From the NCBI GenBank assembly GCA_040753435.1, contig JBFMEN010000069.1, positions 47,551-111,550 on the forward strand: DNA of 64,000 nucleotides. The letters are read 5' to 3'. This document shows, piece after piece, positions 55,177 through 64,000 of the stretch. The position numbers were made by a program, and so were the translations under genes. The notes under the pieces are model-generated. The model made no database searches. It was not told the DNA's origin and saw only the letters and a list, made by a program, of their open reading frames with translations. The number at the start of each line of letters is the position of its first letter. Position 1 is the stretch's first letter. The stretch comes from Candidatus Omnitrophota bacterium. Lineage in GTDB: Bacteria > Omnitrophota > Gorgyraeia > Zapsychrales > JANLHA01.

Positions 55177-56271
55177 ATGAACAAACTTTTCAAAAATATA
55201 TATCACAACCGCAGAGTTTTTATCACCGGCCATACCGGCTTCAAAGGATCATGGCTCGCGTTCTGGCTGAGAAAGATGGGGGCTGAAGTCTTTGGTTATT
55301 CTCTCGAGCCTCCGTCAGACCCGAATCACGCCAGTCTTTTGGATTTGGATATTCAGAGCATGATCGCCGACATCAGAGATCGAGATGTTCTTTATGGCGC
55401 CATTAAAGATTTCCAACCCGAGATTGTTTTTCACCTTGCCGCCCAACCGTTAGTCCGGTATTCGTATCAATATCCTGTTGATACGTTTGAAACAAATGTC
55501 ATGGGTTGTGTTTTTTTGTTTGACGTCTGCCGTCAGGTCAACTCTGTTCGAGCCATCATTAACGTCACCAGTGATAAATGTTATGAAAATAAAGAACGGA
55601 TGGAAGGGTACCGAGAGGACGATCCGATGGGAGGGCATGATCCTTACAGTTGTTCAAAAGGTTGTGCGGAGTTGGTCACTACAGCTTACCGGCGGTCATT
55701 TTTTCCGATTGAAGAGTTTGGTCATAGCCATCATGTCCTTGTCGCCAGTTGTAGGGCCGGCAATGTTATCGGTGGAGGAGATTGGGCCCAGGATCGTTTA
55801 ATTCCCGATATTATCAGAGCAGTTGCCTGCCGGGAATGTGTTAGAATCCGGCACCCGCAAGCAATTCGTCCATGGCAGCATGTGCTTGAACCGTTAAGCG
55901 GCTATCTTCTTCTGGGACAGAGATTGCTGGAGGGGAAAAAAGAGTTTTCGCAGGCATGGAATTTTGGCCCGGGCAAGGGTGATGTTCGATGTGTCGAAGA
56001 CGTTGTCAAGGGAATGTCATTTCAGTGGGACAGAGTTTCTTATCATTTTGATGAAGGCGAACATCTTCATGAAGCGAAGGTGCTGCAGTTAAATTGTGAT
56101 AAAGTCAACACGATTATGAACTGGAGTGAGGTTTGGGACGTTGATGAAGCTATTCGCCGGACAGCTATCTGGTATAAAAAATTTTATGAAGAAAAAGCGG
56201 TTGTAACTGAAAATGACATTTCGGATTATGTCAATCACGCACGTAATAAAGGAATCGTATGGGCGGTTTAA
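55177..56271 (+). CDS. rfbG: CDP-glucose 4,6-dehydratase
   Basis: ITGHTGFKGSWL, HLAAQPLV, TSDKCY, DPYS.SK, RAGNVIGGGDW, RPWQHVLEPL. Confidence 0.95.
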   Translation: MNKLFKNIYHNRRVFITGHTGFKGSWLAFWLRKMGAEVFGYSLEPPSDPNHASLLDLDIQSMIADIRDRDVLYGAIKDFQPEIVFHLAAQPLVRYSYQYPVDTFETNVMGCVFLFDVCRQVNSVRAIINVTSDKCYENKERMEGYREDDPMGGHDPYSCSKGCAELVTTAYRRSFFPIEEFGHSHHVLVASCRAGNVIGGGDWAQDRLIPDIIRAVACRECVRIRHPQAIRPWQHVLEPLSGYLLLGQRLLEGKKEFSQAWNFGPGKGDVRCVEDVVKGMSFQWDRVSYHFDEGEHLHEAKVLQLNCDKVNTIMNWSEVWDVDEAIRRTAIWYKKFYEEKAVVTENDISDYVNHARNKGIVWAV

Positions 56272-57596
56272 ATCCTGAACAAATAAAAGCTGATATTTTA
56301 TGCCGGGTCAAAGAGTATTATCACGCGACATTCGGCCAGCCGGAGGATTTTAAACCAGGCAAAAGCCCGGTGGCATATGCCGGCCGTGTCTTTAATGAAA
56401 ATGAAATGACTAATCTCGTTGATTCCGCCCTTGAATTCTGGTTGACTTATGGACGTTATTCAAAAGAGTTTGAGTATCGTTTGGCTGAATATTTGGGATT
56501 AAGGTGGTCTCTTGTCGTGAATTCCGGCTCATCGGCAAATTTATTAGCCTTCATGGCCTTGACGTCGCCACTTTTGAAGGAACGACGTGTCCGGAGGGGT
56601 GATGAGGTTGTTACTGTTGCCGCGGGATTTCCGACAACAGTGGCGCCGATGATTCAGTATGGCGCAGTTCCTGTCTTTGTGGATGTTGACCTCGAAACCT
56701 TTAACATCGATATCACTCAATTGCAAAGGGCGTTGACCGATAAAACAAAGGCTGTGATGCTGGCGCACACCCTTGGGAATCCATTTAATATTGACGCGGT
56801 TCAGGCATTTTGCAGCGCCCATGGGCTTTGGTTAATTGAGGATAACTGCGATGCGCTTGGCTCAACATATAACGGGAAACTGACCGGGACATTCGGCGAT
56901 ATCGGGACGAGCAGTTTTTACCCTCCCCATCATATCACCATGGGAGAAGGCGGGGCGGTTTATACGAGCGATCCTCTGTTAAGGAAGATTATGCTTTCAA
57001 TCCGGGACTGGGGTCGCGACTGCTGGTGTGACAGCGGGCGGGATGATACCTGTGGACAGCGTTTTAACGGCCAGTTTGGATCCCTGCCTTTCGGGTATGA
57101 TCATAAATATGTGTACAGTCATTTCGGATATAATTTGAAAGCGACCGACCTTCAGGCCGCGGTGGGCTGCGCGCAGTTAGAAAAACTTGATGAGTTCACG
57201 CGGAAACGCAAAGAGAATTTTCGCGCCTTTTATGAAGGGCTTAAAGGTCTGGATGAGTATTTTATTTTACCCAAATCTACAGAGAAAAGTGATCCGTCCT
57301 GGTTCGGGTTTCTTCTGACATTACGGGATGGCGTTGCGTTTAAACGTAATGATCTTGTCGAATATTTAGAAGGCAAAAATATTCAAACTAGAAATCTTTT
57401 TGCCGGTAATCTCACCCGGCATCCGTGCTTTGAATCTTTAAACGAGGGCGTCGATTATCGCATCGCAGGAAATTTGTCGAATACGGACAAGATCATGAAC
57501 GACAGCTTCTGGTTCGGGGTGTATCCGGGGATGGATAAAAACTTAGTTGACTATATTATTAGAACAATAAAGGAGTTTATTCTTGAAAATAGATGA
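56259..57596 (+). CDS. rfbH: CDP-4-keto-6-deoxyglucose 3-dehydrase (E1)
   Basis: NSGSSANL, EDNCDALG, SFYPPHHITMGEGG (His at the usual Lys position), RDCWC....DTC, YDHKY. Confidence 0.93.
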   Translation: MGGLNPEQIKADILCRVKEYYHATFGQPEDFKPGKSPVAYAGRVFNENEMTNLVDSALEFWLTYGRYSKEFEYRLAEYLGLRWSLVVNSGSSANLLAFMALTSPLLKERRVRRGDEVVTVAAGFPTTVAPMIQYGAVPVFVDVDLETFNIDITQLQRALTDKTKAVMLAHTLGNPFNIDAVQAFCSAHGLWLIEDNCDALGSTYNGKLTGTFGDIGTSSFYPPHHITMGEGGAVYTSDPLLRKIMLSIRDWGRDCWCDSGRDDTCGQRFNGQFGSLPFGYDHKYVYSHFGYNLKATDLQAAVGCAQLEKLDEFTRKRKENFRAFYEGLKGLDEYFILPKSTEKSDPSWFGFLLTLRDGVAFKRNDLVEYLEGKNIQTRNLFAGNLTRHPCFESLNEGVDYRIAGNLSNTDKIMNDSFWFGVYPGMDKNLVDYIIRTIKEFILENR

Positions 57597-59364
57597 TCCT
57601 CGAGCACTGTTTAGGGAAACGATCAAAAAAGAATTTTCTTTTTTAAAAAGCGACGCCTCATTTATTGATGCCATTTCAAAATCCATTTCTTTGCCTCGGA
57701 ATCAAGGAGCTCTTTTGCCGATTCATTATGGACTAGTCAATGACGATGAGCTTATTAAAACTTTAGCCATTTGGAGGGAAGAAAACTCGTTTGCATATTG
57801 CGTCAAGTTTAAAGTGACCTTTGATGGTACCAGAAACTGGCTTAAAAATCAGGTTTTAGACAATGATGCAAGAATTTTATTTTTGGTCATTGATCGTTTT
57901 GGACGACGAATCGGTCATGTGGGTCTAGGGGATTGTATGAATGATCAATGTAAGATTATGGTAGATAACATACTGCGAGGAGACAAAACGCATGAGAAGG
58001 GAATTATGGCTGAAGCGGTGCTGGAACTTTGCGAATGGGCCAGAAAGACGTTTTTACCTAACGAAATCTATTTAAAAGTACTTGATGATAACCATCATGC
58101 CGTTGAGTTTTATAAAAAACTTGGTTTTATTGAGACCGGTAAACTTCCTTTAGTTAGGGAGGACCGCGGCGCAGGTTATTTTGCTTATCTTGATGCCAAG
58201 GAAAGCCAGAAACCCGACCGGTATTTTGTGAATATGGTTATCCCCGAAAGAAAAGGGTTTAAGCCAGAGAAAACTATTTTGACTGCCGGCCCTTTAATTG
58301 GAGGTCGTGAAGTTTTTTACGTTAATGATGCGGCGCGTAATGGATGGAATGAGCAATGGAGCGGGTATTTGACCAGGTTCGAGAAAAAATTCGCCGAATA
58401 TATCGGAGTGAAATATGCCCTGGCAACATCCAGCGGAACAGGTGCGCTCCATATTGCGCTTTTGGCTTTAGACATCGGGCCTGGCGACGAGGTTATTATC
58501 CCCGATCTTACCTGGGTTGCAACTGGACAAGCAGTTAATTATGTAGGTGCTGTTCCAGTTTTCGCCGATGTCCAGAAATTGACCTGGTGTCTTGATCCGG
58601 ATTCATTTAAAAAACAAATCACGAACAAAACAAAAGCTGTCATGCCGGTTCATTTATATGGCCACCCCTCCCGAATGGATGAGATTTTGCCGATTGCAAA
58701 AAAATATGGAATAAAAGTTGTTGAGGATGCAGCTCCGTCGATAGGAGCTGAAGTTAATGGCAAGCGAACAGGAAGTTTCGGTGATTTTGCTATGTTTAGT
58801 TTTCAGGGTGCTAAACTGACAGTCACTGGGGAAGGCGGGATTCTTTTAACTAATGATGACAAGCTTTATGAGAAGGCACGAAAAATCTGGGACCAGGGCC
58901 GCCGTCCAGGGACATTCTGGATTGATGAGGTTGGATGGAAATATAAAATGTCAAATGTTCAAGCCGCTCTTGGGTTGGGCCAGCTTGAACATGTTGAGCA
59001 ACTGGTGGCGGCAAAGCGTCAAATTTTTTCATGGTATGAGGAGTTTTTATCGGACTGTCCTTATATTGAATTAAACAGGGAGGCTGCATGGGCAAGAAGC
59101 ATTTACTGGATGAGCAGTATTTTATTGAACGCTGATGCTCCATTAAATCGGGAAGAATTAATCCGGTCATTGAAAGACAACAAGATTGACAGCCGGCCTG
59201 TTTTCCCTTCAATGAGTTTGTTTGACTTCTGGCCGAAGAAACAGAGATCCCAGGAAAATGCTTTCTATATCGGAAATCATGGAATTAATCTTCCCAGCGG
59301 CGTTTGTTTAAAAAGGGAAGAGGTTAAATATGTCTGCGACACAATAAAACGGTTGCTATCATGA
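57583..59364 (+). CDS. GNAT domain fused to DegT/DnrJ-type NDP-sugar aminotransferase
   Basis: N-terminal RIGHVG...KGIM...YLKV...N.HA..FYKKLGF; C-terminal SSGTGALH, PVHLYG, EDAA, FSFQGAK..TGEGG; AAGGAG before TTG. Confidence 0.85.
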   Translation: MKIDDPRALFRETIKKEFSFLKSDASFIDAISKSISLPRNQGALLPIHYGLVNDDELIKTLAIWREENSFAYCVKFKVTFDGTRNWLKNQVLDNDARILFLVIDRFGRRIGHVGLGDCMNDQCKIMVDNILRGDKTHEKGIMAEAVLELCEWARKTFLPNEIYLKVLDDNHHAVEFYKKLGFIETGKLPLVREDRGAGYFAYLDAKESQKPDRYFVNMVIPERKGFKPEKTILTAGPLIGGREVFYVNDAARNGWNEQWSGYLTRFEKKFAEYIGVKYALATSSGTGALHIALLALDIGPGDEVIIPDLTWVATGQAVNYVGAVPVFADVQKLTWCLDPDSFKKQITNKTKAVMPVHLYGHPSRMDEILPIAKKYGIKVVEDAAPSIGAEVNGKRTGSFGDFAMFSFQGAKLTVTGEGGILLTNDDKLYEKARKIWDQGRRPGTFWIDEVGWKYKMSNVQAALGLGQLEHVEQLVAAKRQIFSWYEEFLSDCPYIELNREAAWARSIYWMSSILLNADAPLNREELIRSLKDNKIDSRPVFPSMSLFDFWPKKQRSQENAFYIGNHGINLPSGVCLKREEVKYVCDTIKRLLS

Positions 59365-60176
59365 CTGATTTTGAAAAATTAAAGGATCATGCCAAATCGA
59401 TCCGGATTAATGCACTAAAAATTATCAGCCGCAGCAGGGCGAGCCATATCGGCAGCGGGTATTCTTGTGTGGAACTTTTAACCTTTTTATATGGGAATTG
59501 GCTAAATGTTTCCCCACAAGGCATCAATCACCCCGATCGCGACAGGTTTATTTTGAGCAAAGGACATGCTGCTGCAGTTTATTATTCTGTTCTTGCAGAA
59601 TTTGGTTTCATATCAATGAAAGATCTCGATTCCTATTGTCAGTTTGGTTCTTTATTAGGTGGCCATGTGCATCATGCAGTAGCAGGGGTTGAAATTTCAA
59701 CAGGATCATTAGGTCACGGGCTGCCAATCGCTGTTGGGATGGCCTTGGCGGCAAAAAGAAATCGAAAGAGATATCGTGTTGTGGCTCTGCTTTCTGATGG
59801 AGAAATGGAGGAGGGATCTAATTGGGAAGCGCTGAATATGGCCTCAGCACAAAGACTTGATAATCTGACAGTTGTCGTCGATAAAAACGGATTGCAGGCA
59901 ATGGGATTTGTAAAAGACATTTTGCCTATGGACAATCTTGGAGACAGGATTAATAGTTTTGGTTGTGCTGCGCAAATTATTGATGGACATAATGTTAATC
60001 AAATTGATTTGGCGTTCCAGGGTATTCCATTTATAAAAAATAAACCTTCTGTACTAATCGCGAATACTATTAAAGGCAAGGGCGTCAGTTTTATGGAAAA
60101 TAAACTTGAATGGCATTACCGTTCTCCCAATGAAGAGCAATATCAGAAGGCATTAAAGGAATTGGAGTCGGTATGA
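59361..60176 (+). CDS. Transketolase-like protein, N-terminal TPP-binding subunit
   Basis: SHIGS, DRFILSKGH, STGSLGHG, SDGE..EGS.WE, TIKGKGVSFME. Confidence 0.9.
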   Translation: MTDFEKLKDHAKSIRINALKIISRSRASHIGSGYSCVELLTFLYGNWLNVSPQGINHPDRDRFILSKGHAAAVYYSVLAEFGFISMKDLDSYCQFGSLLGGHVHHAVAGVEISTGSLGHGLPIAVGMALAAKRNRKRYRVVALLSDGEMEEGSNWEALNMASAQRLDNLTVVVDKNGLQAMGFVKDILPMDNLGDRINSFGCAAQIIDGHNVNQIDLAFQGIPFIKNKPSVLIANTIKGKGVSFMENKLEWHYRSPNEEQYQKALKELESV

Positions 60177-61084
60177 GGACGGCTTTTATGGAAACACTGT
60201 GTGAGGCTGCGGAAATAGATGATCGAATCTGTTTAATTGTAGGAGATCTTGGGTTTTCTGTTGTTGAGTCTTTTGTAGAAAGATTTCCCGATCGTTTTCT
60301 GAATGCGGGGGTTGCCGAGCAATCAATGACCGGGATCGCGACAGGGTGGGCTTTGGCAGAGAAAAAGATTGTCTTTACGTATAGTATTGCTAATTTTCCT
60401 ACGATGCGATGTGTTGAACAAGTTCGTAATGACGTATGTGCTCACAAGGCAGATGTTAAAATTATTTCACTGGGCAGCGGAATTACTTATGGCCCGTCGG
60501 GATATTCACACTTCGCCGTTGAAGACCTCGCTGTTATGAATGCCATGCCGCACATGATCATCTTTACGCCAGCTGACCCCCAAGAGGCTAAACATTGTTT
60601 GGATCTGGCTGTCCGCACGCCCGGCCCTGCATATATACGTTTAGCAAAAAGCGGCGAGCCGAATCTAAGACAATCATTCGTTCCTTTCGAAATAGGTGAT
60701 TTTGTTGAATACAAGTCGGGGAATGACCTGTGCGTGTTGGGGATTGGCTCGATTTTGTCTGAGTGCTTGTCTGCTGCAAAGATGTTGGAACCTTCATTGT
60801 CGGCTTCGGTACTTGGTTTGCCAGTACTAAAGCCGTTGAATGAAAAGAAACTGGTCGAATATTTAAGGCCTTTTCCATTATTGATTACTGTTGAAGAACA
60901 TTCCGAACATGGGGGGATGGCCGGTATCATTTCAGAATTGGTGGTAAGGAATGGATTGTCGCCCAGGCTAATAAAAATATCATTGCCGGAAGGGTTTGAC
61001 AGGGTCGGTCCACAGGAAGATTTGCGCAAATCATCAGGACTTGATGCGAAGTCAATTGCAGAAAAAATTCTAGGGAGCATTTAA
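60173..61084 (+). CDS. Transketolase-like protein, C-terminal subunit
   Basis: GDLG, RF.NAGVAEQ, R..EQVRND, SHFA.ED, GP.YIRL, TVEEH. Confidence 0.9.
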   Translation: MRTAFMETLCEAAEIDDRICLIVGDLGFSVVESFVERFPDRFLNAGVAEQSMTGIATGWALAEKKIVFTYSIANFPTMRCVEQVRNDVCAHKADVKIISLGSGITYGPSGYSHFAVEDLAVMNAMPHMIIFTPADPQEAKHCLDLAVRTPGPAYIRLAKSGEPNLRQSFVPFEIGDFVEYKSGNDLCVLGIGSILSECLSAAKMLEPSLSASVLGLPVLKPLNEKKLVEYLRPFPLLITVEEHSEHGGMAGIISELVVRNGLSPRLIKISLPEGFDRVGPQEDLRKSSGLDAKSIAEKILGSI

Positions 61085-61909
61085 ATGCGGGAAACGATCT
61101 GTTTGATTGCTGGGGGAAAGAACGAGGGGAAATCCCTGCCGGCATTTTTTAAATATCATGAATGGGTCGATGAGATTTTACTGATGGATTCTTTCAGTAC
61201 GGATAACACAGAAGAAATTTGTCGCGAATATAACCGACAATGCTTTAAAGCAGAAATGGGAGGGGACGCTAACAAACGCCATAATCTTGCTTTGAAGACA
61301 GCAAAAAGTGATTGGGTTTTTTTGATCGATCCTGACGAGTTCATTTCTGATGAGCTTAAGAATGAAATTTTTGAGATCCTGGATAAGGGGACGGACTGTG
61401 CGGCGTTTGAAAATAAAAGAGTGAATTTTTTTCTGGATAAGCCCCTTCGCTACGGCGGCTGGAGCGGTTATTCAATGAAGTTTTTTCGCAAGAATTCAGT
61501 TTCCTTTAACGGCGATTCTTTTCATGAAAAACCGATTATCGATGGAAAAATAGGCAGGTTGAAAGGTGAAGTGCGCCATTACCCCAGCCCCAATATTCAC
61601 TGGATTCTGCAAAAGTTTAACTATATTAGCGAGTTCGATTTGAAGGAATATGCGAATAAACATGGCGAACTTGCAGAAAAGCAGTTTAAATGGCTTCTTA
61701 TTTCAAAACCTTTCAAGAATTTTTGGAAATGTTATATCAGGAAAAAAGGGTATAAAGACGGACTGCACGGCTTTATTTACGCTATGCTGATGTGGGCGTT
61801 TGATGTGATCCGTATATGCAAATATGGGGAGCGGTATCTGATTAAAAATCCAAATATACCCGCGTTAAATGAATTGCCCGACCCATGGGAGTGCAGGAAA
61901 AAGGCATGA
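61085..61909 (+). CDS. GT2 glycosyltransferase (WaaE/KdtX-like)
   Basis: KNE, DSFSTDNT, WVFLIDPDE, HE, GYKDG..GF. Confidence 0.85.
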   Translation: MRETICLIAGGKNEGKSLPAFFKYHEWVDEILLMDSFSTDNTEEICREYNRQCFKAEMGGDANKRHNLALKTAKSDWVFLIDPDEFISDELKNEIFEILDKGTDCAAFENKRVNFFLDKPLRYGGWSGYSMKFFRKNSVSFNGDSFHEKPIIDGKIGRLKGEVRHYPSPNIHWILQKFNYISEFDLKEYANKHGELAEKQFKWLLISKPFKNFWKCYIRKKGYKDGLHGFIYAMLMWAFDVIRICKYGERYLIKNPNIPALNELPDPWECRKKA

Positions 61910-62952
61910 CCCAGCCAATACCAAAAACGATTGCGGTGTTCCGGACGGACAGGATTGGTGAAGTCCTTTTATCTACAGTCGCTGTAGATATTCTCAGGAA
62001 AGCTTATCCCGCATCATCGATCATTTTTTTTACGTCAAAATATTCAGCCGCGCTTTTGCATAATCGAAAAGACATCAATGAGGTTATCCCGCTTGATATT
62101 TTTCAACGCCGTCATTGGGTTGGCGACGCTTTGAGACTTGCCCGGATGTTAAAGTCCCGTCGGTGCGGCATGTCGATCGTTCTTAATCCATCTAAAACAG
62201 TTCATCTGGCCTGTTTTTTTGCAAGGGTTCGAAGACGCTGCGGCTTTGATCGGAAATGGGGTTCTTTGCTGACGGACAGAGTTAATGACTGCCGGAATGA
62301 CGGGAAGCAGCATGAAGTTGAGTACACCAAAGAATTTTTTCGGGCGTTGGGGATTCCTGCCGCGGACGAAGTTCGGCCTTCCCTGGTTGTTGCGAATAAA
62401 ATGAAGGAGCTTGTCAGGCTTCGTTTGCAGGAACGTGGGGTGGACTTAAGAAAACAACTGGTGATAGTCCATCCTTGCGCCAGTAATCCCTTAAAATGCT
62501 GGCCCCGGCAAAAGTATATAGAATTGTCGCGCCAATTAGGATCGCTTTCCGTTCAACTCGTTTTGATTGGTGAGCAAAAGGAATATGATGAGCTTGCGGA
62601 TATGGTGTGTGAATGCGGGTGTCATGTATTGAATGGCGCAGGTTTGTTTGATCTTGAAGAATTAGCCGCGGTGATTAATATTTCTGATTTGTTTATCGGC
62701 AATGATTCCGGTCCGATGCACATGGCTGCGGCGCTCGGAGTCCCGGTTATCGCGATTTTTTCCAAAAAGGCAACAGGGTCAAATCCATTACGGTGGCGGC
62801 CCTGGGGAGAAGGACATGCGATTTTTCATGAACTTTATGGAGAAAAGCCTTGCCAATTAAAACATTTCAGTGGATATTATATTGCCAAAGATGAAATTGA
62901 ACCTTCCGACGTTTTAAAATTGTCCTGTGTTTATTTAAATGAAAGGCTTTAG
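61906..62952 (+). CDS. GT9 glycosyltransferase (heptosyltransferase-like)
   Basis: RTDRIGEVLL, HEVE, VHP.AS..KCWP, IGNDSGPMHMAAALG.P. Confidence 0.9.
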   Translation: MTQPIPKTIAVFRTDRIGEVLLSTVAVDILRKAYPASSIIFFTSKYSAALLHNRKDINEVIPLDIFQRRHWVGDALRLARMLKSRRCGMSIVLNPSKTVHLACFFARVRRRCGFDRKWGSLLTDRVNDCRNDGKQHEVEYTKEFFRALGIPAADEVRPSLVVANKMKELVRLRLQERGVDLRKQLVIVHPCASNPLKCWPRQKYIELSRQLGSLSVQLVLIGEQKEYDELADMVCECGCHVLNGAGLFDLEELAAVINISDLFIGNDSGPMHMAAALGVPVIAIFSKKATGSNPLRWRPWGEGHAIFHELYGEKPCQLKHFSGYYIAKDEIEPSDVLKLSCVYLNERL

Positions 62953-63658
62953 GCCCATGATGGATAATTACTTTTTAAATAATCCTGTTTTTTTAAAATA
63001 CAAGCGTCGTTTCGACTGGAAAAAATTGCGCCGAACGCCCCAATTGGTCAAGGCGATAATCAACGAACGGATTGTTGAGATCCCGTTTGCGCTTAACGCT
63101 TTGTCCGTTATTCCCCGTGATGGAAAAGTGCTGGACGTCGGATGCATGGAAAGCCTGTTTCCATTGTTTGCTTCGGCGCTCGGATACCAGGTGACGGGAT
63201 TTGATTTCAGGGAGTTCCCTTACCAGGCGCCCAATTTCACTTTTGTTCAGGGCGATATTCTGGATCTCCCTTTTAAAGAAAATGAATTCGATGCGGTGAG
63301 CTGTGTATCGACTATTGAACACGTCGGGATTGGTTACTATAGTGATCCGGCGGACGATGTCTCCGCGGACGTGAAGGGGATTAAAGAAATCCGGCGGATC
63401 CTCAAACCATCCGGATTATTGATTCTCAGCGTCCCGTTTGGGAAAGCCCATATTGATCATCAACAGCGTGTTTATGATACCGAAATGATAAATAATCTCC
63501 TTAAAGATTTTAATGTAACGTCGGTTCAGTTTTTCAAAAATACCCGGCCTGTCCTTGGCAATAATTATTGGGAAAAGGTCGATCAGAATATAGCTGAGAA
63601 AATTGATTATCAAACCGGGACTGAATGCGTCTGTTGTGCGACTGCGGTTAAACACTGA
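62939..63658 (+). CDS. Class I SAM-dependent methyltransferase-like protein
   Basis: NERIVEIP, VLDVGC, GDILDLPF..FD, STIEHVG.GYY.D, RILKP.G. Confidence 0.8.
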   Translation: MKGFRPMMDNYFLNNPVFLKYKRRFDWKKLRRTPQLVKAIINERIVEIPFALNALSVIPRDGKVLDVGCMESLFPLFASALGYQVTGFDFREFPYQAPNFTFVQGDILDLPFKENEFDAVSCVSTIEHVGIGYYSDPADDVSADVKGIKEIRRILKPSGLLILSVPFGKAHIDHQQRVYDTEMINNLLKDFNVTSVQFFKNTRPVLGNNYWEKVDQNIAEKIDYQTGTECVCCATAVKH

Positions 63659-63677
63659 TAATAATCGGCAGGTCATA

Positions 63678-64000
63678 ATGTTTAAAAAAATAATTTTTTC
63701 ATTAATCCTGGCGTTTATTTCGCTGACACTGATCATTATCGGAGCTGAGATCGTCCTTCGTGTTTTGAAAGGCGTTCCGGAAAGCCCGCTTGCCCAGATT
63801 ACCCAGGATCAAAATAATACGCGTTTTCTTTTCAAGCCCGGCGAGGTGCTTGAGAGTAATTCATCTGTCGAAGGCGAATTTAATTACACCGCCCGCATAA
63901 ATTCTCATGGCTATCGGGGGAAAGAGTTCCCGCCTGAAAAGCAGTCGGGAAAACTCCGTATTATGATGGTTGGTGATTCATTTACATTTGGAGTCGGATC
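63678..64000 (+). CDS. Membrane-anchored SGNH/GDSL hydrolase-family protein, 3'-truncated
   Basis: MFKKIIFSLIL...AEIVLR TM; INSHGYRG; RIMMVGDSFTFGVG at the window end. Confidence 0.8.
   Translation, partial: MFKKIIFSLILAFISLTLIIIGAEIVLRVLKGVPESPLAQITQDQNNTRFLFKPGEVLESNSSVEGEFNYTARINSHGYRGKEFPPEKQSGKLRIMMVGDSFTFGVG

Noticed and set aside
60487-61080. 197-aa minus-strand ORF, and the many other short antisense or out-of-frame ORFs in the track
   Set aside because: They shadow well-supported genes and show no recognisable motifs.
1-64000. CRISPR array, rRNA, tRNA, transposase, integrase or prophage genes
   Set aside because: No regularly spaced repeats, cloverleaf-like segments or mobility motifs recognised; nearly all sequence is accounted for by CDSs.

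Overview
Gene-dense, moderately AT-rich bacterial chromosomal window, almost entirely on the + strand, from a diderm and probably anaerobic organism. The signature proteins at 37.5-44 kb and a chlamydial-MOMP-like porin suggest the PVC superphylum, most likely Ca. Omnitrophota (inference, no search run). Five blocks: (1) 1-27.6 kb, a stress/dormancy island with HtrA, an HPF-cold-shock fusion, a baeRF/Balon-like factor, BON, PRC-barrel and CBS proteins, a redox operon, Tpx-PCD and dodecin-rubredoxin fusions, SodC, FtsH, PncA/PncB, rubrerythrin, and an unannotated protein resembling a fused archaeal-type PriS-PriL primase coupled to a TIM-barrel enzyme; (2) 27.6-37.1 kb, housekeeping and metabolic genes; (3) 37.5-44 kb, two tandem paralogous exported-looking proteins with a shared ~330-aa N-terminal domain and a shared GGIDL...GFxPVI C-terminal tail, enclosing unrelated cargo (J-domain plus HEAT-like repeats; helical region plus kinase-like domain) bordered by D-x-A-M motifs, the best candidate for an undescribed polymorphic delivery system; (4) a trpE-trpGD-trpB-trpA operon with a tandem palindromic operator, then a membrane-fused B12 radical SAM gene, GH18 and DJ-1; (5) 54.3-64 kb, a polysaccharide/LPS locus (rfbFGH, GNAT-aminotransferase, split transketolase, GT2, GT9, methyltransferase, SGNH). 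No rRNA, tRNA, CRISPR array or transposase was recognised. All family calls come from motif recognition by eye.
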